Assembly (NCBI RefSeq): GCF_038025025.1
Contig: NW_027117345.1
Coordinates: forward strand, 124,001 to 188,000
Source of the DNA: Phyllosticta citribraziliensis
Taxonomy: Eukaryota
Length of the DNA stretch: 64,000 nucleotides
Reading direction: 5' to 3'
In this document: positions 45,837 through 58,379 of the stretch, piece after piece
Position numbering within the stretch: the first letter of the stretch is position 1
Layout of the letters: the number at the start of each line of letters is the position of its first letter
Notes under the pieces: generated by a model
The model's input: the letters and a program-made list of their open reading frames with translations, nothing else
Told to the model about the DNA's origin: nothing
Databases searched by the model: none
Translations under genes and position numbers: made by a program

Positions 45837-46823
45837 ATGGCGTCCAGCACGGCGTCGTCCGTATCTGCCGCCGACCTGAAGAGCTTCCACGACCATCTCC
45901 AGTCATCTACCCGGATCCTCGCCTTGTTGGGAGCAGGCCTGTCAGCGTCTTCTGGACTGCCCACTTTCCGGGGCCAGGGCGGAATCTGGCGAACTCATGA
46001 TGCCACATCGCTCGCGACTATGGAAGCATTCACTGCCGACCCTGCTCTCGTCTGGCACTTTTACAGCTACCGCCGTCACATGGCCCTCAACGCCAAGCCG
46101 AACAAGGCACACTTCGCTCTAGCAGAACTGGCCAAGAAGAAGAGCGATTTCCAGACGCTCAGCCAGAATGTCGATGGCAAGTCTGAGCCTTTCAGTACGC
46201 AATCAAGTTACTAACCTCACAAAGGTCTCTCTCAGCGTGCCGGACATCCTCCCTCCCAGCTGCAGCTCCTCCACGGCAACCTCTTCGACGTCAAATGCAT
46301 GAACTTCTTTTGCAACTACCGCGGCACCAACTTCGATGACCCAATCGTCCCCGCGCTGGAGCTTCCAACCGAGGACGTGGACCCCACCACCAACGCCGCG
46401 CGCGAGCAGAAAGCGCGCGAGCTCGACATCTCGGACGCGTCGATTCCACTGCCGGAGCTTGCGCTCAAGGACCTGCCGCACTGCCCCGAATGCCACGAGG
46501 GACTGCTGCGCCCCGGCGTCGTGTGGTTTGGCGAGATGCTGCCCAAGAAGACGCTGAACACCATCGACGACTTCATTGCCGAGGCGCCCTCCATCGACCT
46601 TATGCTCGTGATTGGCACCAGTTCCCAAGTCTACCCCGCGGCTGGCTATGTCGAGTATGCGCGGCGCAAGGGGGCCAGGGTCGCCGTCATCAACATGGAG
46701 CGCACTGATGCCCTGGCCGACGGAGACTGGTTTTTCCAGGGAGATGCTGGCGTCGTGGTGCCGGAGTTGCTCAGGCCGGTCGTGGGTGATTTGAGTGGCG
46801 CAGAGGAGGCCAAAATGGTTTGA
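45837..46823 (+). CDS. Class III (SIRT5/CobB-like) sirtuin, NAD-dependent deacylase (GC-AG intron 46177-46224)
   Basis: GAGLSASSGLPTFRG, FYSYRR (the Y-x-x-R desuccinylase signature), QNVDGL restored across the intron, LHGNL, Zn-site CxxxxC and CxxC, LRPGVVWFGE and GTSSQVYPAAG. Confidence 0.94.
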
Positions 46824-46900
46824 TGGAGAGGTTGCGAGCGAGTGATTTGAGCGGTGCAGAGGAGGTCAAAATGGTTTGATGAAAAGGTTCTGAGCGAGTG
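46786..46900 (+). repeat. 56-bp tandem duplication spanning the sirtuin stop codon
   Basis: GTGATTTGAG(T/C)GG(C/T)GCAGAGGAGG(C/T)CAAAATGGTTTGATG...GAGCGAGTG starts at 46786 and again at 46842. Confidence 0.85.
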
Positions 46901-49900
46901 GTGCTGCTTTACGGGTGGGCGGGCTTGGAGTTGTGGCCGGCCGGGTGTCTGAAGTCGGAGCTGCGGGCTTTGGTTGACGAGCGGTTCGGTGTCCAAAGTT
47001 TCGGCACTTTTTCTCTCTTACGAGGTCATGAGGGTACAACTAATGCACGGCATACGTGCTTGGATGCGGGGCCTGTCTTTGCCCGAATGCATCTATCGGT
47101 CTACGAATTCTGACAATTGCTGTCGACATGTATGCACCCACCTTACAGACGACGGCATTAAGCGTGGCTCAAGATTCAAAGCTTCAAATCCTTCATGACG
47201 AACCTCGTCCTCGCTACCCCACCCCCGGCAGCTATCCACACCTGTCCAATCTACATGTAGTCCGAACCGCATCTTCCCAACTCTCAGCCCCTCTGAACAT
47301 CCCACTCGTGCACCGCAAGCCACCTCTCACCTACCAGATGGCAGACGCACAGCCCAAGCTCCCCCCAAAACAAACCCCCTCCTTCTCTCCCTTCCCTTCC
47401 TTTCTCGTAACCAGTCAGGTTAAATTAGTCAGAAAGCACATCTCACCTCTGGCCTCTGCATCAACACCGCAGACATCACATCAAATACATGCAAGCCACG
47501 ACGCCATCGCTGCCAGCACCTATGAGAATTCATTCACTACCTTACGCTGGCAGACAGGCAGACAGGCAAGCAGCATCTCGTCATTTGGTGCGGCGGCGGG
47601 GGGAAGCAGTAGCGATTCCACGCCCCTTGAGCTGAGGCAGCGCAGCAGGCAGCTAGGCAGTGAAGAAAGAAGGGGTGGTTGGTTTATCGCGATTGCAAGA
47701 GGCTTCCACCCTACTTCCAATCCACTGACGGGAGCGAGTGGGGAGCATGGAGGGAATGGCTGGACTTTGGAATATTCAAGAGGAGGGAGTGGAAGGTAGA
47801 GAGAGACAGGGACGAGGTGGAAAGGAGCAGCGAGTGCTGGAAAAGACGGAAGACGAAGGATGGTCAAACAGATGGAAACACGTCGAGAGACGGACGAGCA
47901 AGCAGACGACTGTCTAGCTGTACCCAGCTCCAGCTTAGCCGTGGGAGTGACAATTCTATCTCTTCACGAGAGAAATACAGTATGTCTGAAATGACTCCTG
48001 AAAGCAGAGTTCACAAAGCCACGTACCTAGCGCAGGCAAGACAGGAGCAGAGCCAGCCGAGTTCAACCTATGAAGGGATACCAGGTGACCCGGACTGGAG
48101 AGGAAGCTCAGCCTGCTCGCTTTGGGAAAGCAGTAGGCACACGGAGCAGGAGAATCCGCACGGCGCAAAAGACGGACAGACAGCGACGACGACGCCAGCT
48201 GTCCACTCCGCAAAGGCCAAGAAGGAGAATGGAGTATTGTGGAGGCGGGTCAAGAGTTTGTCCCACAAGCCCAGTCCGCTCGCCTACCTTGCCTGTCTGG
48301 TTTCTTGTTGCCCATTTGCCTTCTTGGGCTGCATCCACCTTCAGCCAGCGCCAGAAACAACGACAGCGGCAAAAGAGGCGATGAGTTGTACCCTTCAAAC
48401 AAGACGGCAACGTGAAACAGCAGCACGGCAGATGGACTGGACAGAGGGAGGAGCTGAGCTGAGCTGAGCCCCACGGGACGAGGCGAGGCGAGGCGGCAGC
48501 AGCGGCGGCGGCGGAGAAGCCGTCCTGGATGGAGGGAAAGACGGGGCGCGGTGGTGCGGGCCGCCCGTCAGCGAGCGAGCGAGTGAGTGACAGGTCGTCG
48601 TCGTCTTCGCCGGCGCCGCTGCCATCGATGCCTACCCGACGTTGTTGCAAAGATAGAACAGCAGGAGGGCAGGCGGTTTGCTCATCGACTGTGACGCCGT
48701 CCGCGTCGGGGCAGGTAGACGACGAGCGCGGCTCGCGGAGACGGCTGCCATGGACGCGAGACAGGCACGAGAAGAAGACGCCCAGGACGCCTACACCAAG
48801 AGCCTGTTTCCATTGTGGGTCTGGTGGTTGTTTTCTCTGAAGGGCTGAAACGAAACAATGTGGGCAAGGCACACATGGCCTTCCTAAAATTAGGCATGCA
48901 GGCATACACACGCGCAGCAGCGACGGAGAGGCGGATGGATGCGCGTGCTGCGTCCCGCCCGCACTCACTATCCCCGGCGTCTGTTGATGTGTGTGGACGA
49001 GAGTGTGGGTTCGGGAGGACGCTCCCACCTACCCGACCAACGCTCTCGCCTTGGCGTCGGGCACTAGTGTGTCGCGTGTCGAGAAGTATATCCGCCTTCT
49101 TCTTCGGCGTGTCCGCGGACGAGACAGTCAAACCTTAACGGCAGCGGTCGTCCATCAACTTGAAAAGACGTTTCGCGGCGAGGGTTGTCCGAAAGGTGGT
49201 GGCGGGTTGGCAACCAAGACGTGCGATGTTGCGCCGCGCGATTCAGTTGCAGATGGTCAAGCTTGACCAAGCATTGCAACAAGTTTGGGTTTACCTTTTG
49301 AGTTTCTTGGTTCCCGTGCCGCCTCTGGTCTTTTGGGTATGCATATTTTTCCCCCGGTGGTGGTGACGTACCCGAAGATGGAGAATGACTGCCACAGTCA
49401 ACCACAGCGCGGGTCGAGACCAAGTGCAGATTCGGAGAGCCCGCGCCATTGCTGTCTGACGGATCAACCGCCCTGCAGCGTGCAAAATTGGAAAAGGTGC
49501 AGCGGCTTTGCGGGCGCATGCCAAGCAGGAGGCGGGAACTGCAGGCAGGTCGTGCGCACCGCCAGTCTCTCACCACGTAGTAAGAATCTTTTTGCTTCAG
49601 TCGGTCCTAGCTCGATTGACTTCCAACTTGCTCCTCACATTCATTCGCCCGTGCATGATGATCGAAGCGCCGTGCATGTCACTGTCGACCGTGGAAGAGA
49701 CTGAGGACACTTGTTGGCATTGCGCGCGATCGGACTAGTTTCGATGATATGGTTTCTGCCATGGCACGGAGTATGCCCAAGCCAACACTTCACTTGAGAT
49801 AGAGTTGTGTTGCAGCAGGACAATCTACCTAGTTTCTGGAATACAAGGCAACATGTTTACCAGGTTTTTCGGTTCGAGGCTGTGTGGCACCGCGTCCAGA

Positions 49901-50254
49901 ATCTGTAGCCAAAAATTTAGGTGGCTGTACATGCTCCATTCTTCTCTCTGCATTGCACGTTTGAGGGTTTCAATTGGACGAGGCTGGCGTTAATTTTCTT
50001 TTCCTGTAGGAATACCCGCGGGCAAGTCTGTATGCGAAGCCGTTACTGGCTCGAATTGCAAACCGGGAGGCTTCAAGCTTTGGGTCAGGGTGTGTGGACG
50101 GCGCCCTCGACGAATCGAGCCTAGTGACGTGCGGCTTGCTAGATGGTGCAAAAGATAGAAGTCGATCTGCGTCCGGGCGCCGATTAATGTACCTTGACGT
50201 TTTGACAGGCAATAGACAGGCGTGATCCATGCATGCCAGTATGGCAAGAAGCTT

Positions 50255-51508
50255 TCATGGCAGTCCAGGACGCCAACTTCCAGGGCCATTCAATGCGGCA
50301 GGGTCATAGACAGTCAACTCGTAGCTGGAAGCTGTCCCACGCCTCTTGAGAAATTTGAGGAGTTTTTCATTCTGCAACTTGGCAGCCTGCACGGAAGCTT
50401 CATCCTGCTCGCGTAGAACGTCATCCCAATATTTTGTCGAGCGCTGAAGCTCCTGAAGGAATGATGTTGCTTTTGCCATGGCTTTGGAACTTTTCCATTC
50501 ATCTTTGTAAAGTGCAAAAATAAGCAGTGCGTGCATTGTGTAAGCTGCGTCGTTGCCGGCATTATGCGCGCATGGCGTGGGCATCCGGAATCTGTCCAAC
50601 ATGCGCTCGAGATTGAGAGGAAATGATTCACCTTGCGCGATGCCCTGCGTGTCGATAATTCCGACGAGATTTGGCCATGAGCGTGGGTGTATTCCAAGGG
50701 TCGCAAGATATCTTTCGTCATTTGGAAGGCCATGACCTACCAGCACGATAGGCCGATCCTTGGTGCTAAGCCCTTTGGGAACCGCTTTGTTGTATCTGGC
50801 GGAAAGCCATTGGGATGATCGCGTTTGCGACTCGCCAAAGAGGAACATGTGTGGGCAACTCCGGGAAAACTTTTTGTTCTTTTTCCTACGATTCTTGTCG
50901 ATGATGTAGTGCTCATAGACCATGTGCTCGAGCAAATCCCAGGGATTACAATTGGGGTATGTCGGCAATTGCTGGAGATCGAGCGTTGTGACGCCGAGCT
51001 CTAGAATCCTTCCCTGGTCGAATTCCCATGCTTCCAAGTCTACGCATAGGAAAACAGGTGGTCCCCCTGGCAGTTCTAGCGGTGGGACTGAGCCATTGGG
51101 AAGTCCAAGAAGGTGACGGACGGCCTGTCGAGAGCTAAAATCTGCAATTGGTGGTCCTGATAGCTGCTGCTGCTTAACCCTATCGTGGGGCGGTTGCAAT
51201 ACGACCGGTTGATGCGGCCCCTTCATTTCCCAGGACAAAGCACTAGCGGATACTTCATTCTTTGACTCGGAATCAGAAATCTGTTCCCAGCGGTCCATCC
51301 ACCAAGCGTTCCTCTCTCGGGCCAATTTCTGCGTTTTTTTCGTCTCTCTGATCCTCCTCAGCTCTGCTATGCTTGCCAGCTTCTCTTGCTCAAGCAGCTC
51401 CCTCTCTGTAGGGTTAATTCTGTGGTATTCATCTTTTGACATCCACTGGTAGCCTACCCGTACTCCACCTGAACGGTCTCGGCGAGAGGAAGCCAATTTC
51501 CTGGGCAT
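50255..51508 (-). CDS. DEDDh 3'-5' exonuclease-fold protein (Gfd2/YDR514C-like, QIP-related)
   Basis: Exo I FLCVDLEAWE...ILELG, Exo II VLVGHG...D and IIDTQ, Exo III HNAGNDAAYT. Start codon uncertain. Confidence 0.82.
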   Translation of the reverse strand: MPRKLASSRRDRSGGVRVGYQWMSKDEYHRINPTERELLEQEKLASIAELRRIRETKKTQKLARERNAWWMDRWEQISDSESKNEVSASALSWEMKGPHQPVVLQPPHDRVKQQQLSGPPIADFSSRQAVRHLLGLPNGSVPPLELPGGPPVFLCVDLEAWEFDQGRILELGVTTLDLQQLPTYPNCNPWDLLEHMVYEHYIIDKNRRKKNKKFSRSCPHMFLFGESQTRSSQWLSARYNKAVPKGLSTKDRPIVLVGHGLPNDERYLATLGIHPRSWPNLVGIIDTQGIAQGESFPLNLERMLDRFRMPTPCAHNAGNDAAYTMHALLIFALYKDEWKSSKAMAKATSFLQELQRSTKYWDDVLREQDEASVQAAKLQNEKLLKFLKRRGTASSYELTVYDPAALNGPGSWRPGLP

Positions 51509-53191
51509 GTATTGGAGTTGGCAGTGGTAGGCTCCAGTAAGGCGAGGCGGCAGTGGCCAGCCTCCAGCCAAGCATGACGCAGCAGCCAGCGAGCGAGGAG
51601 AGAGCATGTCGTATCGCAGCAGACGCGGTGGTGAGAAAAGCTGCCGTGGACCTGGAGCTGGGCCCGACGGGAGGCGGTAAGTCGGAAAAGGGTGAGGCCG
51701 ACAGCCGGGCCGAGTCGACGCCCGCGAACCGGGGCAGACGGTGCGTTGTCACCCATCCACCCATTATTTCTCTCGGTCAAGGCAGGTCAGCCATCAACTC
51801 CTCCGGCCGTCCTGGCACCTGCTGCACCGCCGCCTCTGCTGCAACCCACCTCACATCCAACACGCTCACAGCTGCCCATCGTGCCATTGTCTGCCGTGCT
51901 CTCGCACCTCGCTTGTCTCAGCCTCGAGCGCGACGACAGAACAACCTCATGGCTTAGCTTCCCATGATTTGCGCTCGGCGCGCGGCACGCCAGGATCAGC
52001 CCGGACGCTTCCCGCTATGCTGCGCACAACGACACCGTCGCACCACTGAGACGGGGTGCTTCGCTGTCTTTCAATCAATTCGAACTTGATTCGGTTTGAC
52101 ACTGGCTAATTTTGGACTCTACACCATGCCGAGCGCTCCAACGGTCTGCATTGTCAACATGAACAAACCGCGCCTTCGTATCGATCAAAGCAGCATCCTC
52201 TTCATCTCTGCATCGGATCAGACTACAGAAGCTCGCAAGCAAGGGCGACAGTCTGCAGACGCGACAACATGTTGCTAATCCATTTGGGAAGTGCTCAACT
52301 CAGACAGGCATTAGCCCTCCGTTTGGTCGCGCTGTCAGCTATGCGCGGCACGGCCCTGGGCACGCAACCACGGCATGGTACCAAGGAAGAAAAAAATAAC
52401 AATACCCACAGGCACAGAGACGAAGAGAATAGAAGCTGCGGGAGGGGCTTGTTGGGCTCCAGTCTCAATGTCGTGCTTGGACGTGTGCGGCTGGGCTACA
52501 CAGCAGATTTATTGTATTGAACAACATTTCGACTGTTTGGCATGGCCTCGAGCTTTACCATGTCCCTTCGGCGCGGGCGGTCTTGTAGCCTGCAGACAAG
52601 GATGGACCCAGGGCACAAGGCCGGTGGCTAAGGTTGGCCTGCGGCAGAGGCTGGCCCTGCAAGTCGACTCAACCCGGTTCAGCAAGCCTCAAGCACGCAT
52701 CCAGCTGGACGGAGGGCTGCCGCGCGCTATCCGCGACCAGCGGCTCCGTCTGGTGATGGAATGGACGGCGCAAGGCCAGCAACGACGAGAGACGTCACTC
52801 CGTTCTTGCGGGCATTGATGGAGATGCTGTACCTGCGCCTCCCATGGCACATCACGCAGCTCACGCAGCAATCGGAACGGTCATCAGCACAGCGCAGCTC
52901 ACAATCTCCTATGCAGACGGTTGTATGGAATGTCAGGTCGACGTGTGGTCGGGCTTGGCGTCTGTCAGAGTGCGGGGCCTGCCTTAGCAGCTCGCTCGTT
53001 CGGTTCCTTACGCTTGGTCCACCGTCTGGCCGTCACCACAGTCATCAAGCCCGCCGGTAACTTTACGCTCCTCCGCGTGTCCGCCTCCGGCCACCACTCA
53101 AACACCGCCCCCAGCCATTCCATCATGAAGCGAGTCTCACATCTGCTCCCTCCTTGTCCTCAGGAACCGCTCCGCGTCGCTCTCCTCCCAA

Positions 53192-53207
53192 CCCCCCCCC
53201 CCCCCCC
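53192..53207 (+). repeat. C16 homopolymer
   Basis: Read directly from the sequence. Confidence 0.9.
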
Positions 53208-54350
53208 ATGCGTGCTCGACTTCCCCAACAAGGCAGGTCTCTAGAGGTCGCCTGATGACGAGCATCTTGGACCCCCGCTCTCGTTGCATGCGTCCAAGTC
53301 AGCTCCCTGGTCTCGACCACCATGTTCTCCTGTCATGGCGGCTCGTTGCCTCTCCCGCTGATCCCCCGCCCCAGTCACCCGTTTGCTCTGCGAGTTGCGT
53401 CGGACTTTTCTCCAGTCGCTCGAGGCGGCACGATGCTCGCCTTGTCGGTTTTGGGCCAGAAAGAGGTCACCGGGTACCCACATACTGCTTGCCAATGTTT
53501 CCTCTTGTCCCATCACGAGACCGGGACGCCTCTTGCACGACTCTTGGCTCTCTCGTCGTCTTTGGCAGGCCGAGCTCGTGCAACTCGAGCCCTTTGGTAC
53601 TTCGAGAAGGATGTGCAGAGGCTCTCTTGTTACCCCACAAGCAACAGGGTTACACCCGCTCCGGTCAGGCCAAGGTACAGGCATGGAGCGTCCCGGCAGA
53701 GCTGCTGCGCGAGATCCATCCGCAACCCGAGCAAGCACTGCCTCCCTTGCTGGTTTTGACTCTGCTCTTTTCTGCTGCTGTCGGGACCAGACTTGTTAGC
53801 TCGAGCGGCCCGTCTACGTGCCCAGTACCGCCCACACCTTAGCATCACTCACCGCCTAACATCCCAGCCTGCAGGGTGGTGTGCTGTTTCCGTGGTGAAA
53901 AAAAAGGAACACATCTCATTTGGCATCAATCCATGCCGCTCATGGGACCCTCCCGGGAGCTGGCCAAGGTGTGAGTTTTCAGGCTTTTTGTCCAACCACC
54001 TCTTGCCTCGCCAAAACTGTGGCCCGCTCTCTGTTGGCGTTCGCGCCTCGAGCTTGACCCATTTGGCACACACCCGGACCATGTGCTAGCGGGCGTGGCG
54101 GCCTCATGGTTAGAATTAGCTATGGCCATGGGACTTCTTACCGCATGCACGACTAGGCCCTGACATCATGTGTAATGCTCTCCTGGGTCCGCTCCAGGCC
54201 GCCAATTCTCTATAGATGACAGGGGTCTGCAGTTTCCCCAGTAATCTCCAGCACCTACCTACCCCTTCCTTATAAAACGCCTGGTCCACCAGGTGTTCGC
54301 TTTCGTCTTTGCTCACTTACCCTCTTTGGCCAAGAAGCACCAGACACAAC

Positions 54351-56933
54351 ATGCTACCCATTGTCTTGATAGCTACCTGTCTGGTAGCCGCTGCTTCGGC
54401 CGCTTCCACCTTTACTCCAGCTCGCCCGCCTGCGCTGCCCTTGGCCGTCAAGTCTCCGTACCTCAACGTCTGGCTCAATGCTGGCAGCGACGGAGGCAAT
54501 GGCGGCTACATTGCGGGGAAGTGGCCCGTCTTTTGGAGGTTTGTTCTAGTACACCGTCCCGGCTTCCCCAGAACTGATGCTTGAGCAGCAATCAGGTCAA
54601 TGGCTGGGCAGGAATCATCCGCGTGGACGGCACTTCTTACACCTGGCTGGGCGACCCGGGTCCGCAGGCCGTCACTCAAACTTCGTACGAGTATACGTCG
54701 ACCAGGAGCACCTTTACCATGGACGTCGCCGGCAAGGTGCAGATGAACATCACTTTTCTCTCGCCCGTCACTCCCAACGATTTGAAGCGCCAGTCCTTGC
54801 CCTTTTCCTACCTGAATGTCGAAGTGGTGTCTTCGGATGGCCAGAATCATGACATCGAGCTGTACTCTGACATTTCAGCTGGTTTGTTTACCTTTTCCAA
54901 TTCACGTGATCGAGACTGATTCTGTTGCAGAATGGGTTTCGGGCGACAGGACTCAGGCCGCGGCGTGGAACTACACCAGCAGCGGGGGCCTTGAGATTCA
55001 CAAGGTGTTCAAGCAAAACCAGCAAATCTTTTCCGAGTACAACGACCAGGCCGAATGGGGCAACTTTTACTACGCCACGGATTCCGGCGATGGCGTGACC
55101 TATCAGATTGGACAAGACACCGTTGTCCGCGGTTCCTTCACAAGCGGCGGTAAGCTCAGCAACCAGGTTGACGACAACTACCGCGTCATCTCCAACAACT
55201 GGCCGGTATTCGGATTTGCCAAGGGTCTGGGCTCTGTCGGAACTACCGCAACAAACACGCTCTTCACCATCGGCCTGTGCCAACAGGAAGCCCTTCAGTT
55301 CCTTGGTGCGCAGGGCACGGTCTCCCTCCCTTCGCTCTGGACAAGTTACTTCTCGGACGACATTGCGGCTGTGAGTAGCATTCGAATCTTTTACGCATTT
55401 AGTGCTGATCGTGTCCAAGCTTGATTTCTTCCACAAGGACTTTGGTACGGCCTCCGGACTTGCTACGGACTTGGACAACAAAGTCAACAGTGATGCCGTT
55501 GGAGCCGCAGGCCAAGACTATGCCAACATTGTTTCCCTTTCCGTCCGGCAAGCATTCGGCGCCTGGCAGCTTGTAGGAACCGAGGACAAGACGTATCTGT
55601 TCCAAAAGGAAATCTCCTCCAACGGCAATACCCAAACGGTGGACGTAATCTTCCCGGCCATGCCAATCTTGTTGTACACCAACCCGGACCTGCTCAAGCT
55701 GATGCTAGACCCGCTGTTTGAGAACCAAGAGTCAGGACACTACCCGAACAACTACTCTATTCACGATCTCGGTGCGCACTACCCCAACGCCACTGGTCAT
55801 CCTGACGGGAATGACGAAGCCATGCCTCTTGAGGAGTGTGGCAACATGATCATCATGGCTTTGGCGTACGCCCAGCGCTCGGGCAACAGCGATTATCTCA
55901 ATCTGCACTACCCGATTCTCAACCAATGGAGCAGTTACCTTGTCGAAGAGGCCCTGTACCCGTTCAACCAGATTTCGACCGACGACTTTGCGGGCTCTCT
56001 AGCGTGAGTGGAATGCGTGTGCCCAAGCCACTGTCGAGCAAGCTGACGGATATGACAGGAACCAAACAAACTTGGCGCTTAAAGGAATCATTGGCATCGA
56101 GGCCATGTCGCAGATTTCCAACCTGACTGGACACGCTGACGACGCGAGCAAGTACCACCAGACTGCAGTCGACTACATTACACAATGGCAAGGACTAGCC
56201 ATTGTCAATGGAACCGACGGGGGTCCTGCGCACACGACGCTCTCTTACGGAGACGCAGCTTCGCACGGTTAGTGTTCCTAGTCAACGCCCCCGCCACACA
56301 TTCAGCCAAGTGCAGCCACGGCCTCGGCCAGCCAGCCCGGCCCCACCACCAAATTAAGCATAAGCTAACGCGACACGTCTCTAGGGCTTCTGTACAACCT
56401 GTACGCCAACAGCCTGCTGGGCTTCAATCTGGTGCCCTCGTCGGTCTATGACACCCAGAGCGCCTTCTACCCTACGATTGAGATGAAGTATGGTGTGCCG
56501 CTCGACACCAGGCATTCTTACACCAAGAGTAAGCTTCCTTGTTCGTGCCCGCTTCCGAATCGAGAACTAACTCGCCCTGCTAGGCGACTGGGAAATGTTT
56601 GTCGCCGCCGTTGCCTCAACCGACACTCGCAACATGTTCATTCGCGACTTGGCAAAGTGGATTAATGAGACGCCGACAAGTCGCGCATTCACCGATCTTT
56701 ACGAGACAGATACGGGAGCGTAAGTTTACCCCTGACGCTCACGTCTGTAGGCCACGATGGTCTTGCTATGACCTCATATGCGCCAGCCCCCACCCCGCTC
56801 CATCCAATCGAATCTTGGTAGCAGCAACTGATCATGGCATCTTAGCTACCCCTCCTCTCTCCAATTCGTCGCCCGTCCCGTCCAAGGCGGTACATTTGCC
56901 CTCCTGGCACTTCCAGTCAGTGCGCGAACGTAG
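54351..56933 (+). CDS. gtaA: Secreted glutaminase A (GtaA family); about 8 exons
   Basis: Signal peptide; RPPALPLAVKSPYLNVW, YSDISAEW, FQKEISSNGNTQTVDVIFP, HDLGAHYPNATGH, MPLEECGNM, QISTDDFAG, YGVPLDTRH and FVARPVQGGTFALLAL. Confidence 0.93.
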
Positions 56934-58355
56934 CGCGTCTGGCCTGAATCGACTTGTCGCCCGGCTTTTTGCATCGATCCACGACCACTGCTGCCTCTAA
57001 TATCTGCTCATTTCCAACCAACTACTACGACGTGTCCACCACACTAGCGACCGACGCCTGACGCCAGCCTTCCTTTCTCCTTTACTCTCGCCTTGCATAT
57101 TCATCCAACTCCCCGCTCGGCGCCTAAGCTCGCTGGCAGAATAATGTTTAGGCCTCGCCAAGCCGGCCCCCGTTGTCCACCCGACGCTACCAACCTACCT
57201 CTTACGCTCGACCAACGAAACAGCAGCGGGCGCGCACCCATCATCCCTGCATCATCCCTCCGCGACCCAAACCCGATCGGACGACAGGGATCCAAGTAGT
57301 ACATATCCCTGCAGCGGGCACATCCCTGGTGGGGTGTGGCTCAGTCAGGCTGGCTGGCACCTTTTGCACATTTACCGGTCTGCCGATTTACTCACGACTT
57401 TCCTTTTTTCCATGCCTGCACTGGGAAATTCCTCTTTTTCTGTTTAAGCATCTTTCCTTGGTCTGAGCTTCCTTCACCCCTCCCTCAACAAACCCTTCTC
57501 AACGAATGATTGGATCGAACTTGACACTTCCCCGATGGCCGGCTCGCAGCACCACCAGATGCGAACGACGGGTCTTATTGCAATTGATTGGTACAGCAGT
57601 TGATGATGTGGCTGGGCAGAGTTAGGGCATGATGTACAGGCATGTCGACTGTGCGAGTGTGCAGAGCAAGCACGGCGAACGATATCACGCATGGGCGTTA
57701 TTTTGCTGTTCCCAGTCCGACCTCCCTTAGACTCTTTGGACTTGGCTTTTTTTCCTTTTTTTGCTTTTCAAAGAAAGAGACGGCGAACGGATGGATGAGA
57801 GATTTGGTTGGGCAGGCAGGCAGGCAAGTGATGGCATGCATGCATGCGCCAAGAGCAGGATTGAAAGAGTCGTGGTTGGGTGCGAACACGAAGAGTAAAG
57901 AGGTGGAAGGAGAGGCACATGGCTTGGCTTGGCTTGGCTTTGCTTTGAGACCTTTGGACTGCCTGCCTGACAGAGATGGGAAGAGGTTGGCGAATGCGAT
58001 GGGGCATGGAATGAGGTTGGTTCTGGCAGCATCCGTCATTCTGAGGAGTCACTTGGACATGGCCGAAGTTGCTCGCTCCCTTCCCGCATTACCTACGTAC
58101 TTAGTCCAGTCGACCAATTACTCAGACCGCCTACACACTTGACTACACGTCTGCCTTCCTCTCTCGTATTGATGTGCGCGCATCTACAGACTCTTCCGAA
58201 GACGGAAACCCGGATACACGGCAACAAAACAACAACGCATGCACGCACGGCGCTGCAATGCACGAAGAAAGCAAGTTGGGTCGTGCAAACCAAGACGGCG
58301 ACGTTGGAGCGAAAAAGAAAAGAGCTGGACACGGGATGGTTCGCACGGTTCGTTG

Positions 58356-58379
58356 GCTGCTGCTGCTGCTGCTGCTGCT
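58356..58379 (+). repeat. (GCT)8 microsatellite
   Basis: Read directly from the sequence. Confidence 0.9.

Noticed and set aside
47056..49700. ORFs of 247, 262 and 306 aa
   Set aside because: Low-complexity, overlapping on both strands, and no domain features.
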